The notes under the pieces: model-generated
Told to the model about the DNA's origin: nothing
Database searches by the model: none
The model's input: only the letters and a program-made list of their open reading frames with translations
NCBI GenBank assembly: GCA_965238175.1
Contig: CBDEGZ010000003.1
Span: 1,120,001 to 1,184,000 of the forward strand
Length of the DNA: 64,000 nucleotides
Direction: 5' to 3'
Source: Gammaproteobacteria bacterium
GTDB taxonomy: Bacteria > Pseudomonadota > Gammaproteobacteria > CAJXQU01
Shown: piece after piece, positions 63,957-64,000 of the stretch
Layout of the letters: each line of letters opens with the position of its first letter
How positions within the stretch are numbered: the first letter of the stretch is position 1
Program-made: the position numbers and the translations under genes

Positions 63957-64000
63957 TTTGAGAACCTCTTGTCAGATTAATTCAGCACAATATTGAGAGC

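Overview
Low-GC (roughly 39-40% by eye) gammaproteobacterial chromosome segment. 1-22.8 kb is mostly housekeeping (cysG, pomAB-type stator, dcd, apbC, metG, rnfABC, xerC, dapF, lpoA, slyD, clpB). 23-41 kb holds a sensor kinase / response regulator / GGDEF-EAL module running directly into an MSH/T2SS-like type IV filament cluster. That cluster has a STAS+MshEN ATPase, two sigma28-type promoters and an inserted VPxPA-CTERM gene. 41-50 kb has aroE, TRAP dctQM, rsmA, pdxA, surA and lptD, plus two spacing-conserved DnaA-box/IHF modules. 50.7-63.5 kb is an IS-rich zone (2x IS1111-type IS110, 1x IS982, 2x IS481) around cspA, prpF and a signal-peptide-bearing katG. The main finding is that the IS1111-type element appears to be RNA-guided to IS982-type terminal inverted repeats. 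Its 3' non-coding region carries readable target and donor guide segments. One copy splits the IR of an IS982, the second sits in a lone 14-bp IR-like palindrome with the same 7-bp flanking repeat, and a 97-bp miniature relative occupies a similar site at 34.7 kb. All calls come from reading the sequence by eye; no database searches were run.
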